From Kineococcus radiotolerans SRS30216 = ATCC BAA-149 (GTDB lineage: Bacteria > Actinomycetota > Actinomycetes > Actinomycetales > Kineococcaceae), in NCBI RefSeq assembly GCF_000017305.1, contig NC_009664.2, forward strand, positions 2,070,001-2,102,000: a stretch of DNA of 32,000 nt, in the 5' to 3' direction. A program made the translations under genes and the position numbers. The notes beneath the pieces were generated by a model. It did no database searches and was not told the DNA's origin. It worked only from the letters and a program-made list of their open reading frames with translations. This document shows, one piece after another, positions 1 to 7,515 of this stretch (positions within the stretch are counted from its first letter, which is position 1; the number at the start of each line of letters is the position of its first letter).

Positions 1-72
1 GACGGCGACGACGCGGCGGTCGGGTCCCCCCTCGCCGAGGTCGAGGGCCCGCTCGGGCTGCTGGCTGGTCAC
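1..72 (-). CDS. Unidentified protein, 5' end only (gene runs off the left edge)
   Basis: GTG at 72 preceded by GGTAGGGGG. The 24 codons (VTSQQPERALDLGEGGPDRRVVAV) have G/C in 23 of 24 third positions, the coding signature of this genome. Too short for a family call. Confidence 0.3.
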   Translation of the reverse strand, partial: MTSQQPERALDLGEGGPDRRVVAV

Positions 73-136
73 CCCCTACCGGTCGGAGCGCACCACCGCG
101 CCCTGCATGCGCCGACCGGGTGAGGGGGCGGGCGGG

Positions 137-1081
137 TCAGGACCCGGCGCCGGCGCGCAACCGGTCCAGCCACCCCTGGGCGGCGGCGAAGTCGTCCTCG
201 GTGGGGCCGGTGCCGGCGGGGGGGCGCCCGCCGCCGGCGCGGGGGTAGCTGCCGACGAAGCGGACGTGGTCGCTGACGCGGTGCAGGCCCATGAGCGCCT
301 CCCCGACGCGGGCCTCGCTGACGTGGCCGTCGCAGTCGATGGAGAAGCAGTAGCGGCCCAGCGCGTCCCCGGCGGGGCGGGACTCGATCCGGGTGAGGTT
401 GATGCCGCGGGTGACGAACTGCTCCAGCGCCTCGACGAGGGCCCCGGGCCGTTCCTCCCGGAGGAAGACGACGAGGGAGGTCTTGTCGTCGCCGGTGGGG
501 GCGGGGACGGTGCCCGCGCCGGGGCGGGAGAGCAGGACGAAGCGGGTCTGGGCGCCGGCGCGGTCCTCGATGCGCTCGGCGAGGACGTCGAGGCCGAGGC
601 CGCGGGCGGCGGTGGGGGCGCAGACGGCGCCCTCGAAGCCGGCGGGGGCGCCCCCGGCGAGCTCGTCGGCGAGGGCCTGCGCGGCGGCCGCGGTGGAGGT
701 GGCCGGCACGTAGAGGGCGTCGGGCAGGTGGGTGCGCAGCCACCCGCGCACCTGGGCGTGGGCGTGGGAGTGGGTGCTGACGCGCTCCACGTCGGCGAGG
801 GCGGTCCCCGGCTTGACGGCGAGGACGAAGGTGACGGGGAGGACGACCTCGGCGACGACGACGAGGGGGTCACCGGCGGCCAGCCCGTCGAGGGTGGCCG
901 GCACCCCGCCCTCCACGGAGTTCTCGATGGGGACGCAGCCGACGTCGGCGGCGCCGCTGCGGACCGCCTCGATGGTGGCGTCGACGCTGGGCATCGCGAC
1001 GGCGGGCGCGTCGGCGACGACGGACCGCAGGGCGGCTTCGGAGAAGGTCCCGACCGGACCGAAGAACGCGTAGCGCAGCAC
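137..1081 (-). CDS. pheA: Prephenate dehydratase
   Basis: 314 aa, GTG start. PDT domain (LRYAFFGPVGTFSEAA, TRFVLL) followed by an ACT domain with the characteristic INLTRIESRP motif. Third positions are uniformly G/C. Confidence 0.93.
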   Translation of the reverse strand: MLRYAFFGPVGTFSEAALRSVVADAPAVAMPSVDATIEAVRSGAADVGCVPIENSVEGGVPATLDGLAAGDPLVVVAEVVLPVTFVLAVKPGTALADVERVSTHSHAHAQVRGWLRTHLPDALYVPATSTAAAAQALADELAGGAPAGFEGAVCAPTAARGLGLDVLAERIEDRAGAQTRFVLLSRPGAGTVPAPTGDDKTSLVVFLREERPGALVEALEQFVTRGINLTRIESRPAGDALGRYCFSIDCDGHVSEARVGEALMGLHRVSDHVRFVGSYPRAGGGRPPAGTGPTEDDFAAAQGWLDRLRAGAGS

Positions 1082-1137
1082 GGTCGAGCACCATAACGGG
1101 CCTCGCGGGTCCGCGACGGTCCTCGGCGGCTCGCGGT

Positions 1138-1169
1138 GGTCCGCCCGGGCCCCCGCCCCCGGGCGGACC
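1138..1169 (-). terminator. Stem-loop downstream of the whiB-like gene (putative intrinsic terminator or attenuator before pheA)
   Basis: Perfect 12-bp stem GGTCCGCCCGGG / CCCGGGCGGACC with an 8-nt loop, 8 nt after the stop at 1178-1180. No U-tract, which is common in high-GC actinobacteria. Confidence 0.5.
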
Positions 1170-1177
1170 GCCCGCGC

Positions 1178-1483
1178 TCAGCCGGCCCGGCGCAGCTTGC
1201 GGCGCTCGGTGCGCTCGCTCCAGATGGCGTCGCGCTGGTCCTCGGTCAGCCCGCCCCACACGCCGTAGTTCTCGCGGTGGGTGAGGACGTGCTGCCGGCA
1301 CTGGCGCAGGACCGGGCACTCGGCGCACACGGCGAGCGCCGCGGCGTCGCGGTGCTGGCGCGCGGCGCCGCGCTCCAGCTCCGGGTGGAAGAAGAGCTCT
1401 GGATCGGCCTCGCGGCAGGAACCCAGGAGCTGCCACTCCCAAGCGTCGACCGTCGGTCGCAGGCCTCGACTCGTCTCGCTCAC
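1178..1483 (-). CDS. WhiB-family (Wbl) Fe-S transcription factor, WhiB3/WhiD-like
   Basis: 101 aa. Four Cys in Wbl spacing (C23, C53-x2-C56-x5-C62). WEWQLLGSC and FFHPE.ERG blocks resemble the WhiB3/WhiD subgroup. GVWGGL turn and basic C-terminal tail. GTG start 4 nt after AGGGGGA. Confidence 0.92.
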   Translation of the reverse strand: MSETSRGLRPTVDAWEWQLLGSCREADPELFFHPELERGAARQHRDAAALAVCAECPVLRQCRQHVLTHRENYGVWGGLTEDQRDAIWSERTERRKLRRAG

Positions 1484-1503
1484 GGAATCCCCCTAGGTGG
1501 TGC

Positions 1504-1528
1504 AGTCACGTGGTGGTCACGTGGTCAC
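1504..1528. promoter_or_regulatory. Tandem 11-nt repeat with two CACGTG palindromes upstream of the whiB-like gene
   Basis: aGTCACGTGGT gGTCACGTGGT CAC. CACGTG at 1507-1512 and 1518-1523, 11 nt apart, with a third partial GTCAC at 1524-1528. Lies 21-45 nt upstream of the GTG at 1483. Confidence 0.4.
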
Positions 1529-1558
1529 GGGGATCGACTTGCCCCACTGGGGGAAAAG

Positions 1559-2854
1559 CTAAACGCTACGCGACTGGTTCGTCACTACCTGTGATTGAGA
1601 TGGGGTGTGTCGCCCGACCAGCAGCCACATCGCCGGCAGGGACAGGCAGGCCCACCACAGGTCCCCGTTCTGCACCGCCCGCGCCAGCACCGTGGGCACG
1701 CCGCGCTCGGCGAGCAGGTTCGCCCCCCACCACGGCCACGCCACCCACAGCAGCAGCAGCCCCACCACCGCGGTCACCGCGCGGGCACGCACCCGCCCGT
1801 CGCCGGCCACCGCGCCCAGCACCACGACCCCCCACAGCAGGTGGTGCAGCCAGGAGACCGGCGAGACCAGCACCGCGACCATCCCGCACGCCGCGACCTC
1901 CCCCACCAGCGACCCGCGCCGGTGCAGCGCCCGCGCCAGCGCGAACCCCGCCACCGCCGCCAGCAGCGCCAGCACCCCCCACAGCGCCGTCGTCGCCCCG
2001 TCGGAGAGGTACAGCCGCAGCACGAACCCGCGCAGCGACTGGTTCGACGAGCCCGCGTTCGGCCCGAGGCGGTCGGAGTTCAGCAGCGCCGACGTCCAGA
2101 ACTCCAGCGACCCCTCGGGGGCGACGAGGAACGTCGCCACCGTCACCCCCGCCGCCGCGAGCACCGCGTTGCGCAGCTCCCGCCACTGGCGGGTGAGCGC
2201 GAAGTGGACGAGGAAGACCCCCGGGGTCAGCTTGATCGCCACCGCGACCCCCACCAGGGCGCCGCGCGGCCAGCGCAGCGTGAACCGGCCCACCCGCAGG
2301 CCGTCGCTCCCCTTCACCAGGTCCAGCAGGCACAGCGTCACCAGGACCGCGTTGACCTGGCCGAAGCGGATGTTCTCCCCCACCGGCGAGATCCACACGC
2401 ACAGCGCGGCCACCACCCCGTGGGCCAGGCCCGCGAAGCGCCCCGCGCGCGCCAGCAGCGGCGCGAAGGCCAGCCCGACGATCGCGTAGAGCAACCCGAG
2501 CTGCACGCCCGTCCACACCCAGCCCGCCGCCCCCCACGGCAGCAGCGCCAGCGGGATCGACAGCACCGCCGAGAACGTCGGGTAGGTGAAGGGCAGCAGC
2601 TGCGGGACCTCGGTCTCGAAGAGGTACACCGGCCGCCCCAGCAGCAGCGAGCGCCCCGCCTCCCGGTACACCTGCAGGTCGACCTGCCACTGGTCGTCGG
2701 GGTAGGCGACGAGGTAGCGGTGGACGATCGGCGCGGCCGCGAGCAGCAGCACGAGCACCCCGATCGCCCGCCAGAGGCCGGCACCGGTCCGCGGGGTCCC
2801 CTCGCTCAGCACGCCCCGATCCTCCCCCAGCAGCGCACGGGTCCCGACCACCAC
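1559..2854 (-). CDS. GT87 (DUF2029) family polyprenol-phosphate-mannose-dependent glycosyltransferase, PimE/Rv2181-like
   Basis: 431 aa from GTG 2854 (GTG 2851 also possible). About 10 hydrophobic helices. First loop has QVDLQVYREAG, the D..VY catalytic-loop motif of GT87 enzymes. The upstream 843 nt of the track ORF (to 3697) is G/R/D-rich, antisense to the next gene, and was rejected. Confidence 0.85.
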   Translation of the reverse strand: MVVGTRALLGEDRGVLSEGTPRTGAGLWRAIGVLVLLLAAAPIVHRYLVAYPDDQWQVDLQVYREAGRSLLLGRPVYLFETEVPQLLPFTYPTFSAVLSIPLALLPWGAAGWVWTGVQLGLLYAIVGLAFAPLLARAGRFAGLAHGVVAALCVWISPVGENIRFGQVNAVLVTLCLLDLVKGSDGLRVGRFTLRWPRGALVGVAVAIKLTPGVFLVHFALTRQWRELRNAVLAAAGVTVATFLVAPEGSLEFWTSALLNSDRLGPNAGSSNQSLRGFVLRLYLSDGATTALWGVLALLAAVAGFALARALHRRGSLVGEVAACGMVAVLVSPVSWLHHLLWGVVVLGAVAGDGRVRARAVTAVVGLLLLWVAWPWWGANLLAERGVPTVLARAVQNGDLWWACLSLPAMWLLVGRHTPSQSQVVTNQSRSV

Positions 2855-2866
2855 CGCCCCTAGCCT

Positions 2867-5107
2867 GTGACGGTGCCGAGCCTGACCACCCGCCGACCGC
2901 GCGCCGGAACGACCCTCCCCCGCCTGATCGGGGTCCTCATGGTCCTGGCCGCGCTGCTGGCCGCCCCCCTGCCCGCCCGGGCCGCCGAGCCGCCCGCCCC
3001 CCTCGTCGTCGTCGGCTTCTCCGGGGTGCGCTGGAGCGACGTCTCCGCCGCGGCGACACCCGCGCTGGCGTCGATGAGCGAAGGGGCCATCGGCACCGTC
3101 GCCGTGCGCAGCGTCTTCACCGCCGCCTGCCCCGCCGACGGCTGGCTCGGGCTCTCCGCCGGGCGGCGGGCCACCGCCTTCGACGGGACCTCCGCCGAGC
3201 ACGCCGCCGCCGCCTGCGAGCCGGTCGCCGACCCCGTCGCCCGGGGCACCACCACCGTCCAGCCCGACTTCGCCGAGTACCGGCGGATCGCCGAGGGCGA
3301 CACCTTCAGCGCCGAGCCCGGCACCCTCGGGCAGGCGCTCGCGGACGCGGGGACCCCGACCCTGGCCGTCGGCCCGGGCGCGGGCATCGCCCTGGCCGGC
3401 ACGGACGGCACGGTCCCGCGCCACGTCGGGGACGCGGACACCCCCGCGGCGGTCGGCGGCCACGTCCAGGACGCCCTGGAGAGCGGCACCCGGGTCGTCG
3501 TCGTCGACGCCGGTGTCGTCCGGGACCCCGAGGACCTCCCCGCCGACGAGACCGCCCCCGCGTCCTCGCGCGCCGAGCAGGTCGCCGCCGTCGACGAGGT
3601 CGTCGCCGCGGTCCAGCGCGCGGTCGCCGCCTCCACCGGCGCCGACGCCACGACCCTGCTGGCCGTGTCCCTGGCCGACGCCGGCCGGACCGCCCACCTG
3701 CAGTTCGGCGCCGCCACCGGGCCGCAGCCGGGCGCGGGGGACTACGACGGCCTGCTGGGCTCGCGCTCCACCCGCCAGACCGCGATCGTCCAGACCACCG
3801 ACCTCACCCCCACCGTGCTGGCCCTAGCGCTGGGCAGCGACCACGGCACCCCCGGCCTCGTCGGCGCCCCGGTCACCTCCACCGACGCCGGCACCCCCGC
3901 GGGCGACCGGGAGGAGAAGGTCCGCGACCTCGACGCCGCCGCGCAGGCCGTCCAGCCGCTCGTCGGGCCGTTCTTCACCGTCTGGGGCGCGTCGCAGATC
4001 GTCCTCTACGGCGTCGCCACCCTCGCGCTGCGCCGGGCCTGGGGCGGGCACCGCGGGCGGCGCCGGGTCCTGGCCTGGCTGCGGGCGCTGACCGTCGTGT
4101 TCGGCGCGGTGTGCGCCTCCACGTTCCTGGCCAACACCATCCCGTGGTGGCGCCACGGGGACTCCACCGGCAGCCACCTGCTCGCCGTCACCGGGGCCGT
4201 CGCCCTCTACGTCGCCGTCATCACCGCCCTGGCCCTGCTCGGGCCGTGGCGCCGCGCCGCCCTCGGCCCGCTGGGCTTCGTCGGGTTCGTGACGGCCGCC
4301 GTGCTGGCCGTGGACTGCGCCACCGGCTCCCGGCTCATCACCTCCAGCCTCAACGGCCTGCAGCCGGTCGTCGCGGGCCGCTTCTACGGCCTGGGCAACC
4401 AGCAGTTCGCCCTCTTCGCGACCGGCTCGCTGCTGTTCACGATCGCCGTCGCCGACCGGCTGGTGCGCAGCGGCCGCCGGCGCGCGGCCGTCGCCACCGT
4501 CGCCGGCCTCGGGCTGGTGGCGACCTACGTCGACGGCGTCCTGGGCAGCGACTTCGGCGGGCCGCCCGCGATCCTGCCCGCCTTCGGGTTCCTCACCCTC
4601 GCCGTGGCCGGGGTCCGGATCACCTGGCGGCGCGTCGTCGTGATCCTCGGCGCCACCGTCCTGGTGCTGGCGGCGATCTCGGTGGCGGACTGGCTGCGGC
4701 CCGTCGACGACCAGACCCACCTGGGCCGGTTCGTGCAGACCCTCGTCGACGGCGGCGCCTGGCAGGTCGTGGAGCGCAAGGCCGCGCAGAACCTGCGGAT
4801 CCTCTACGGCAACTGGCTGCTCAGCCTGGTCCTGGCCCTGGCCGCGGTGTTCATCGCCTTCGTCCTCGTGCGCCGGAAGGTCCTGGGGGTCTCGGTCCTG
4901 CGGCGCGCCTACGAGCGCCACCCCGTCCTGAAGCCCGGGCTGGCCTGCCTGCTGGTGCTGCTGGGCATCGGCTTCGCCGTCAACGACTCCGGCGCGGCGG
5001 TGCCCGCGGTGGGCGCGATGCTGGCCGTCCCGCTGATCATCGCCTGCTGCACCCGGGTGCTGGACGAGGACCTCCCCGACGCGGAGGGGGACCCGGCGCG
5101 GGCCTGA
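2867..5107 (+). CDS. Exported polytopic membrane protein of unknown function (signal peptide, ~325-aa extracytoplasmic domain, ~11 TM helices)
   Basis: 746 aa, GTG start. N-terminal signal peptide LIGVLMVLAALLAAPLPARA-AEPP. Soluble Ala/Asp/Thr-rich domain (VVVGFSGVRWSDV...), then 11 hydrophobic segments from about residue 365. Strong G/C third-position bias. I recognise no catalytic family with confidence. Confidence 0.85.
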   Translation: MTVPSLTTRRPRAGTTLPRLIGVLMVLAALLAAPLPARAAEPPAPLVVVGFSGVRWSDVSAAATPALASMSEGAIGTVAVRSVFTAACPADGWLGLSAGRRATAFDGTSAEHAAAACEPVADPVARGTTTVQPDFAEYRRIAEGDTFSAEPGTLGQALADAGTPTLAVGPGAGIALAGTDGTVPRHVGDADTPAAVGGHVQDALESGTRVVVVDAGVVRDPEDLPADETAPASSRAEQVAAVDEVVAAVQRAVAASTGADATTLLAVSLADAGRTAHLQFGAATGPQPGAGDYDGLLGSRSTRQTAIVQTTDLTPTVLALALGSDHGTPGLVGAPVTSTDAGTPAGDREEKVRDLDAAAQAVQPLVGPFFTVWGASQIVLYGVATLALRRAWGGHRGRRRVLAWLRALTVVFGAVCASTFLANTIPWWRHGDSTGSHLLAVTGAVALYVAVITALALLGPWRRAALGPLGFVGFVTAAVLAVDCATGSRLITSSLNGLQPVVAGRFYGLGNQQFALFATGSLLFTIAVADRLVRSGRRRAAVATVAGLGLVATYVDGVLGSDFGGPPAILPAFGFLTLAVAGVRITWRRVVVILGATVLVLAAISVADWLRPVDDQTHLGRFVQTLVDGGAWQVVERKAAQNLRILYGNWLLSLVLALAAVFIAFVLVRRKVLGVSVLRRAYERHPVLKPGLACLLVLLGIGFAVNDSGAAVPAVGAMLAVPLIIACCTRVLDEDLPDAEGDPARA

Positions 5108-5153
5108 GGACGGGCCCGGCGGGCGGGCGCGCGCGGTCGGGCAGAGTGCTCCC

Positions 5154-6053
5154 GTGAACCGCTCCGAGGGACCCCGGTGGCGCGAGCGCAGCCGGCTGGT
5201 CCGCGCCTGGCGGCTGGCGCGCACCCGCCGCCCGCGCACCTTCACCGAGAAGGTGCGCTACAAGATGCTGCGCGACCGCCGCCCGCTGCTGGTGACCTTC
5301 GCCGACAAGGCCGCCGTGCGCGACCACGTCGCCGCCGTCGTCGGCGAGGGGTACCTGCCCCGGTGCCACGGCCTGGTGCGCGACCCGGGGGAGCTGGCGG
5401 CGCTGGAGCTGCCGGAGGCGTACGTGCTCAAGCCCACCCACGGCAGCGGCGCGGTCGTGGTGGTCTCCCCCGAGGCGCCCGCCGACGCCCGGCTGCCGGA
5501 GGCGCGCTGGAGCTGGGTCTACGCCCACGTCCGCCCCGAGCACGCCGGGCGCGGGCAGCTCGTCGCCATCGCCCGGCACTGGGTGGGCCAGCTCTACGGG
5601 CAGGGCCCCAACCGCGAGTGGGTCTACGGGCAGGTGCCTCCGCAGGTGCTGGTGGAGGAGTTCCTGCGGGGCCCCGACGGGGCGGTCCCCGACGACTACA
5701 AGTTCTTCGTCTTCCACGGCCGCTGCCACTTCGTGCAGGTGGACTCCGGGCGGTTCGGGCACCGCACCCAGGACTTCCACCGCCCCGACTGGGAGCACCT
5801 GCCGCTGAGCGGCGGGCCGGCGTGGGCCGATCCGCCGCACCCGCGTCCCGCGCGGCTGGAGGAGATGGTCGCCGTCGCCGAGCGCCTCGCGGCGGGGACG
5901 GACTTCGTTCGGGTGGACCTGTACCACCTCCCCGGCCGGGTGGTGTTCGGGGAACTCACGAACTACCCGGCCGGGGGCGACAGCCCCTTCACCCCCCGCC
6001 GCTTCGACGCGGTGTTCGGGGAGCCGTGGACGGTGCCGCGCCGCTACGCCTGA
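5154..6053 (+). CDS. ATP-grasp fold amidoligase, TupA-like (teichuronopeptide biosynthesis-type)
   Basis: 299 aa, GTG start. Blocks TFTEKVRYKML, DKAAVRDHV, YVLKPTHGSG, DYKFFVFHGR, RVDLY and FGELTNYPAGG match my memory of the ATPgrasp_TupA family. Confidence 0.8.
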   Translation: MNRSEGPRWRERSRLVRAWRLARTRRPRTFTEKVRYKMLRDRRPLLVTFADKAAVRDHVAAVVGEGYLPRCHGLVRDPGELAALELPEAYVLKPTHGSGAVVVVSPEAPADARLPEARWSWVYAHVRPEHAGRGQLVAIARHWVGQLYGQGPNREWVYGQVPPQVLVEEFLRGPDGAVPDDYKFFVFHGRCHFVQVDSGRFGHRTQDFHRPDWEHLPLSGGPAWADPPHPRPARLEEMVAVAERLAAGTDFVRVDLYHLPGRVVFGELTNYPAGGDSPFTPRRFDAVFGEPWTVPRRYA

Positions 6054-6060
6054 CCCGCCC

Positions 6061-7380
6061 TCACACCTCGACGGCGCGGTGGGAGAAGCGCCGGGTGAGC
6101 AGGTGCAGGACGACCCCCACGGCGAGCAGCAGGCCCGCGCGCAGCCACACCCCCGCCTCCTGCTGGGTCAGCAGCACGACGCAGGAGACGATCCCGAGGA
6201 CGGGCAGGACGGTGGGGGTGCGGAAGTGCCGGTGCCCGGGCTCGTCCTTGCGCAGCACCAGGACGGCCAGGTTGGTGGAGATGAAGACGATGAGCAGGAG
6301 CAGGACGACGGTGGCGGCCAGGGTCTCGAGGTCCCCGCTGAGCACGAGCAGCATCGAGACGAGCGTGGTGACGACGATCGCGACCCACGGGGTCCGGCGC
6401 CCGGGCAGGACCCGGCCCAGCGCGGAGGGCAGCAGCCCGTCGGTGGCCATGCCGTAGGTGAGGCGGCTGGACATGATGGCGGTGAGCAGGGCCCCGTTGG
6501 CGACGGCGATGAGCGCGATGAGGGAGAACAGCCAGCCCGGCAGCCCGACGTCGGCCACGCGCACGACCTCCAGCAGCGGGCCGCTGGACCCGGAGAGGGT
6601 GGCGGTGTCGACGGCGACCGAGACGGCCAGCGCGACCCCGACGTAGACGACGCCGGCCACGGCGAGACCGCCGAAGAGGGCGCGCGGGTAGGTGCGGGCG
6701 GGGTCGATCGCCTCCTCGGCGACGTTCGCGGAGGTCTCGAAGCCGACGTAGGAGTAGAAGGCGATGACCGAGGCCGCGAGGATCCCCGCGACCGGCGTGG
6801 AGGCGCCGTCGAACTCCAGGACGTGACCGGGGTTCCCGTCGCCGCGTCCCAGCACCGCCGCGGCCAGCGCGATGATCAGCAGCAGGCCGCCGACCTCGAC
6901 CACCGTCATGACGAGGTTGGCGCGCAGGGACTCCTTGATGCCGCGGGCGTTGAGCAGCGCGACCAGCACCAGGAACACCAGCGCGGCGGGCGTCGCGGGG
7001 ACGTCGATGAGCTCGGAGAGGTAGCTGCCGGAGAACGCCAGGGCGAGGCCGGCGACGCTGGTGACGCCGGCGGCGAGCATGGAGAAGCCCACCAGGAAGG
7101 ACACGACGGGCTTGCCGAAGGCGCGCTGGGCGAAGACCGCGGAGCCGCCGGCCTTGGGGTACTTGGTGACGAGCTCGGCGTAGGAGGCGGCGGTCAGCGA
7201 GGCGAGGACGAGCGCGACCAGCAGCGGGACCCACACGGCCCCGCCGACCTCCCCGGCCAGGGTCCCCACCAGCGCGTAGATCCCGGCGCCGAGGACGTCG
7301 CCGAGGATGAAGAGGAAGAGGAGCTTGCCGCTGATGGCGCGGGCCAGGCCCGTCGGCGGCGCGTCGTGGGTCGTGGTCAC
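6061..7380 (-). CDS. APC-superfamily amino acid permease
   Basis: 439 aa, GTG start, 12 hydrophobic segments. N-terminal LFLFILGDVLGAGIYALVG and SYAELVTKYPKAGGS blocks are typical of APC permeases. Substrate not inferable. Confidence 0.88.
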   Translation of the reverse strand: MTTTHDAPPTGLARAISGKLLFLFILGDVLGAGIYALVGTLAGEVGGAVWVPLLVALVLASLTAASYAELVTKYPKAGGSAVFAQRAFGKPVVSFLVGFSMLAAGVTSVAGLALAFSGSYLSELIDVPATPAALVFLVLVALLNARGIKESLRANLVMTVVEVGGLLLIIALAAAVLGRGDGNPGHVLEFDGASTPVAGILAASVIAFYSYVGFETSANVAEEAIDPARTYPRALFGGLAVAGVVYVGVALAVSVAVDTATLSGSSGPLLEVVRVADVGLPGWLFSLIALIAVANGALLTAIMSSRLTYGMATDGLLPSALGRVLPGRRTPWVAIVVTTLVSMLLVLSGDLETLAATVVLLLLIVFISTNLAVLVLRKDEPGHRHFRTPTVLPVLGIVSCVVLLTQQEAGVWLRAGLLLAVGVVLHLLTRRFSHRAVEV

Positions 7381-7473
7381 CGGGTCTGCCTACCCGATGC
7401 CGCCACCCCCAGCCACCCGGAGCGCACCGCGGAGAGCACCGGGCAGCGGGCGGGGGGCGCGCGGGACCTGGCG

Positions 7474-7479
7474 TAGAGT
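7474..7479 (+). promoter_or_regulatory. Candidate -10 hexamer TAGAGT for the znuA-type operon
   Basis: Fits the actinobacterial TANNNT -10 pattern, 36 nt upstream of the ATG at 7516. The conserved 20-mer begins 2 nt downstream of it. Confidence 0.3.
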
Positions 7480-7480
7480 T

Positions 7481-7500
7481 ATCGACAACCGTTCCCATCG
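7481..7500. promoter_or_regulatory. 20-nt motif ATCGACAACCGTTCCCATCG, shared with the rpmG/desaturase intergenic region (candidate operator)
   Basis: 17/20 identical to ACCGACAACCATTCCCACCG at 20923-20942. Weak dyad around AAC-C-GTT. Lies between the candidate -10 and the SD (AGGAAG 7503-7508) of the metal-uptake operon. Confidence 0.45.
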
Positions 7501-7515
7501 TCAGGAAGTCGCCGC

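Noticed and set aside
1504-1528. The whiB-upstream repeat as a BldD box (TNAC-N5-GTNA)
   Set aside because: The TCAC...GTCA pairs present are spaced by 6 and 3 nt, not 5, so the sequence does not fit that consensus.
2855-3697. N-terminal 281-aa extension of the GT87 ORF (track ORF 1559..3697)
   Set aside because: The extension is G/R/D-rich with no hydrophobic helices. It lies antisense to the well-supported 2867..5107 gene. The membrane protein begins naturally at GTG 2854.
5177-6457. 426-aa + strand ORF overlapping the ATP-grasp gene in another frame and running antisense into the permease
   Set aside because: Its translation is Arg/Pro/Gly/Ala-rich without domain features. The ATP-grasp frame (5154..6053) carries all the family blocks.
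7421-7470. GGAGAGCACCG... string resembling the start of a glycine riboswitch, next to an amino-acid permease
   Set aside because: Only the GGAGAG/CACCG fragment is present, with no second conserved core (CUCUGGAGAG..ACCGAAGGGGCAA type). It is on the + strand, the wrong strand to precede the minus-strand permease.
7481-7500. The znuA-proximal 20-mer read on the minus strand as a SigR-type promoter (GGGAAC) for the APC permease
   Set aside because: After GGGAAC the 18-nt spacer is followed by GCC. No GTT occurs at N16-N19, so the ECF promoter reading holds only for the rpmG copy.
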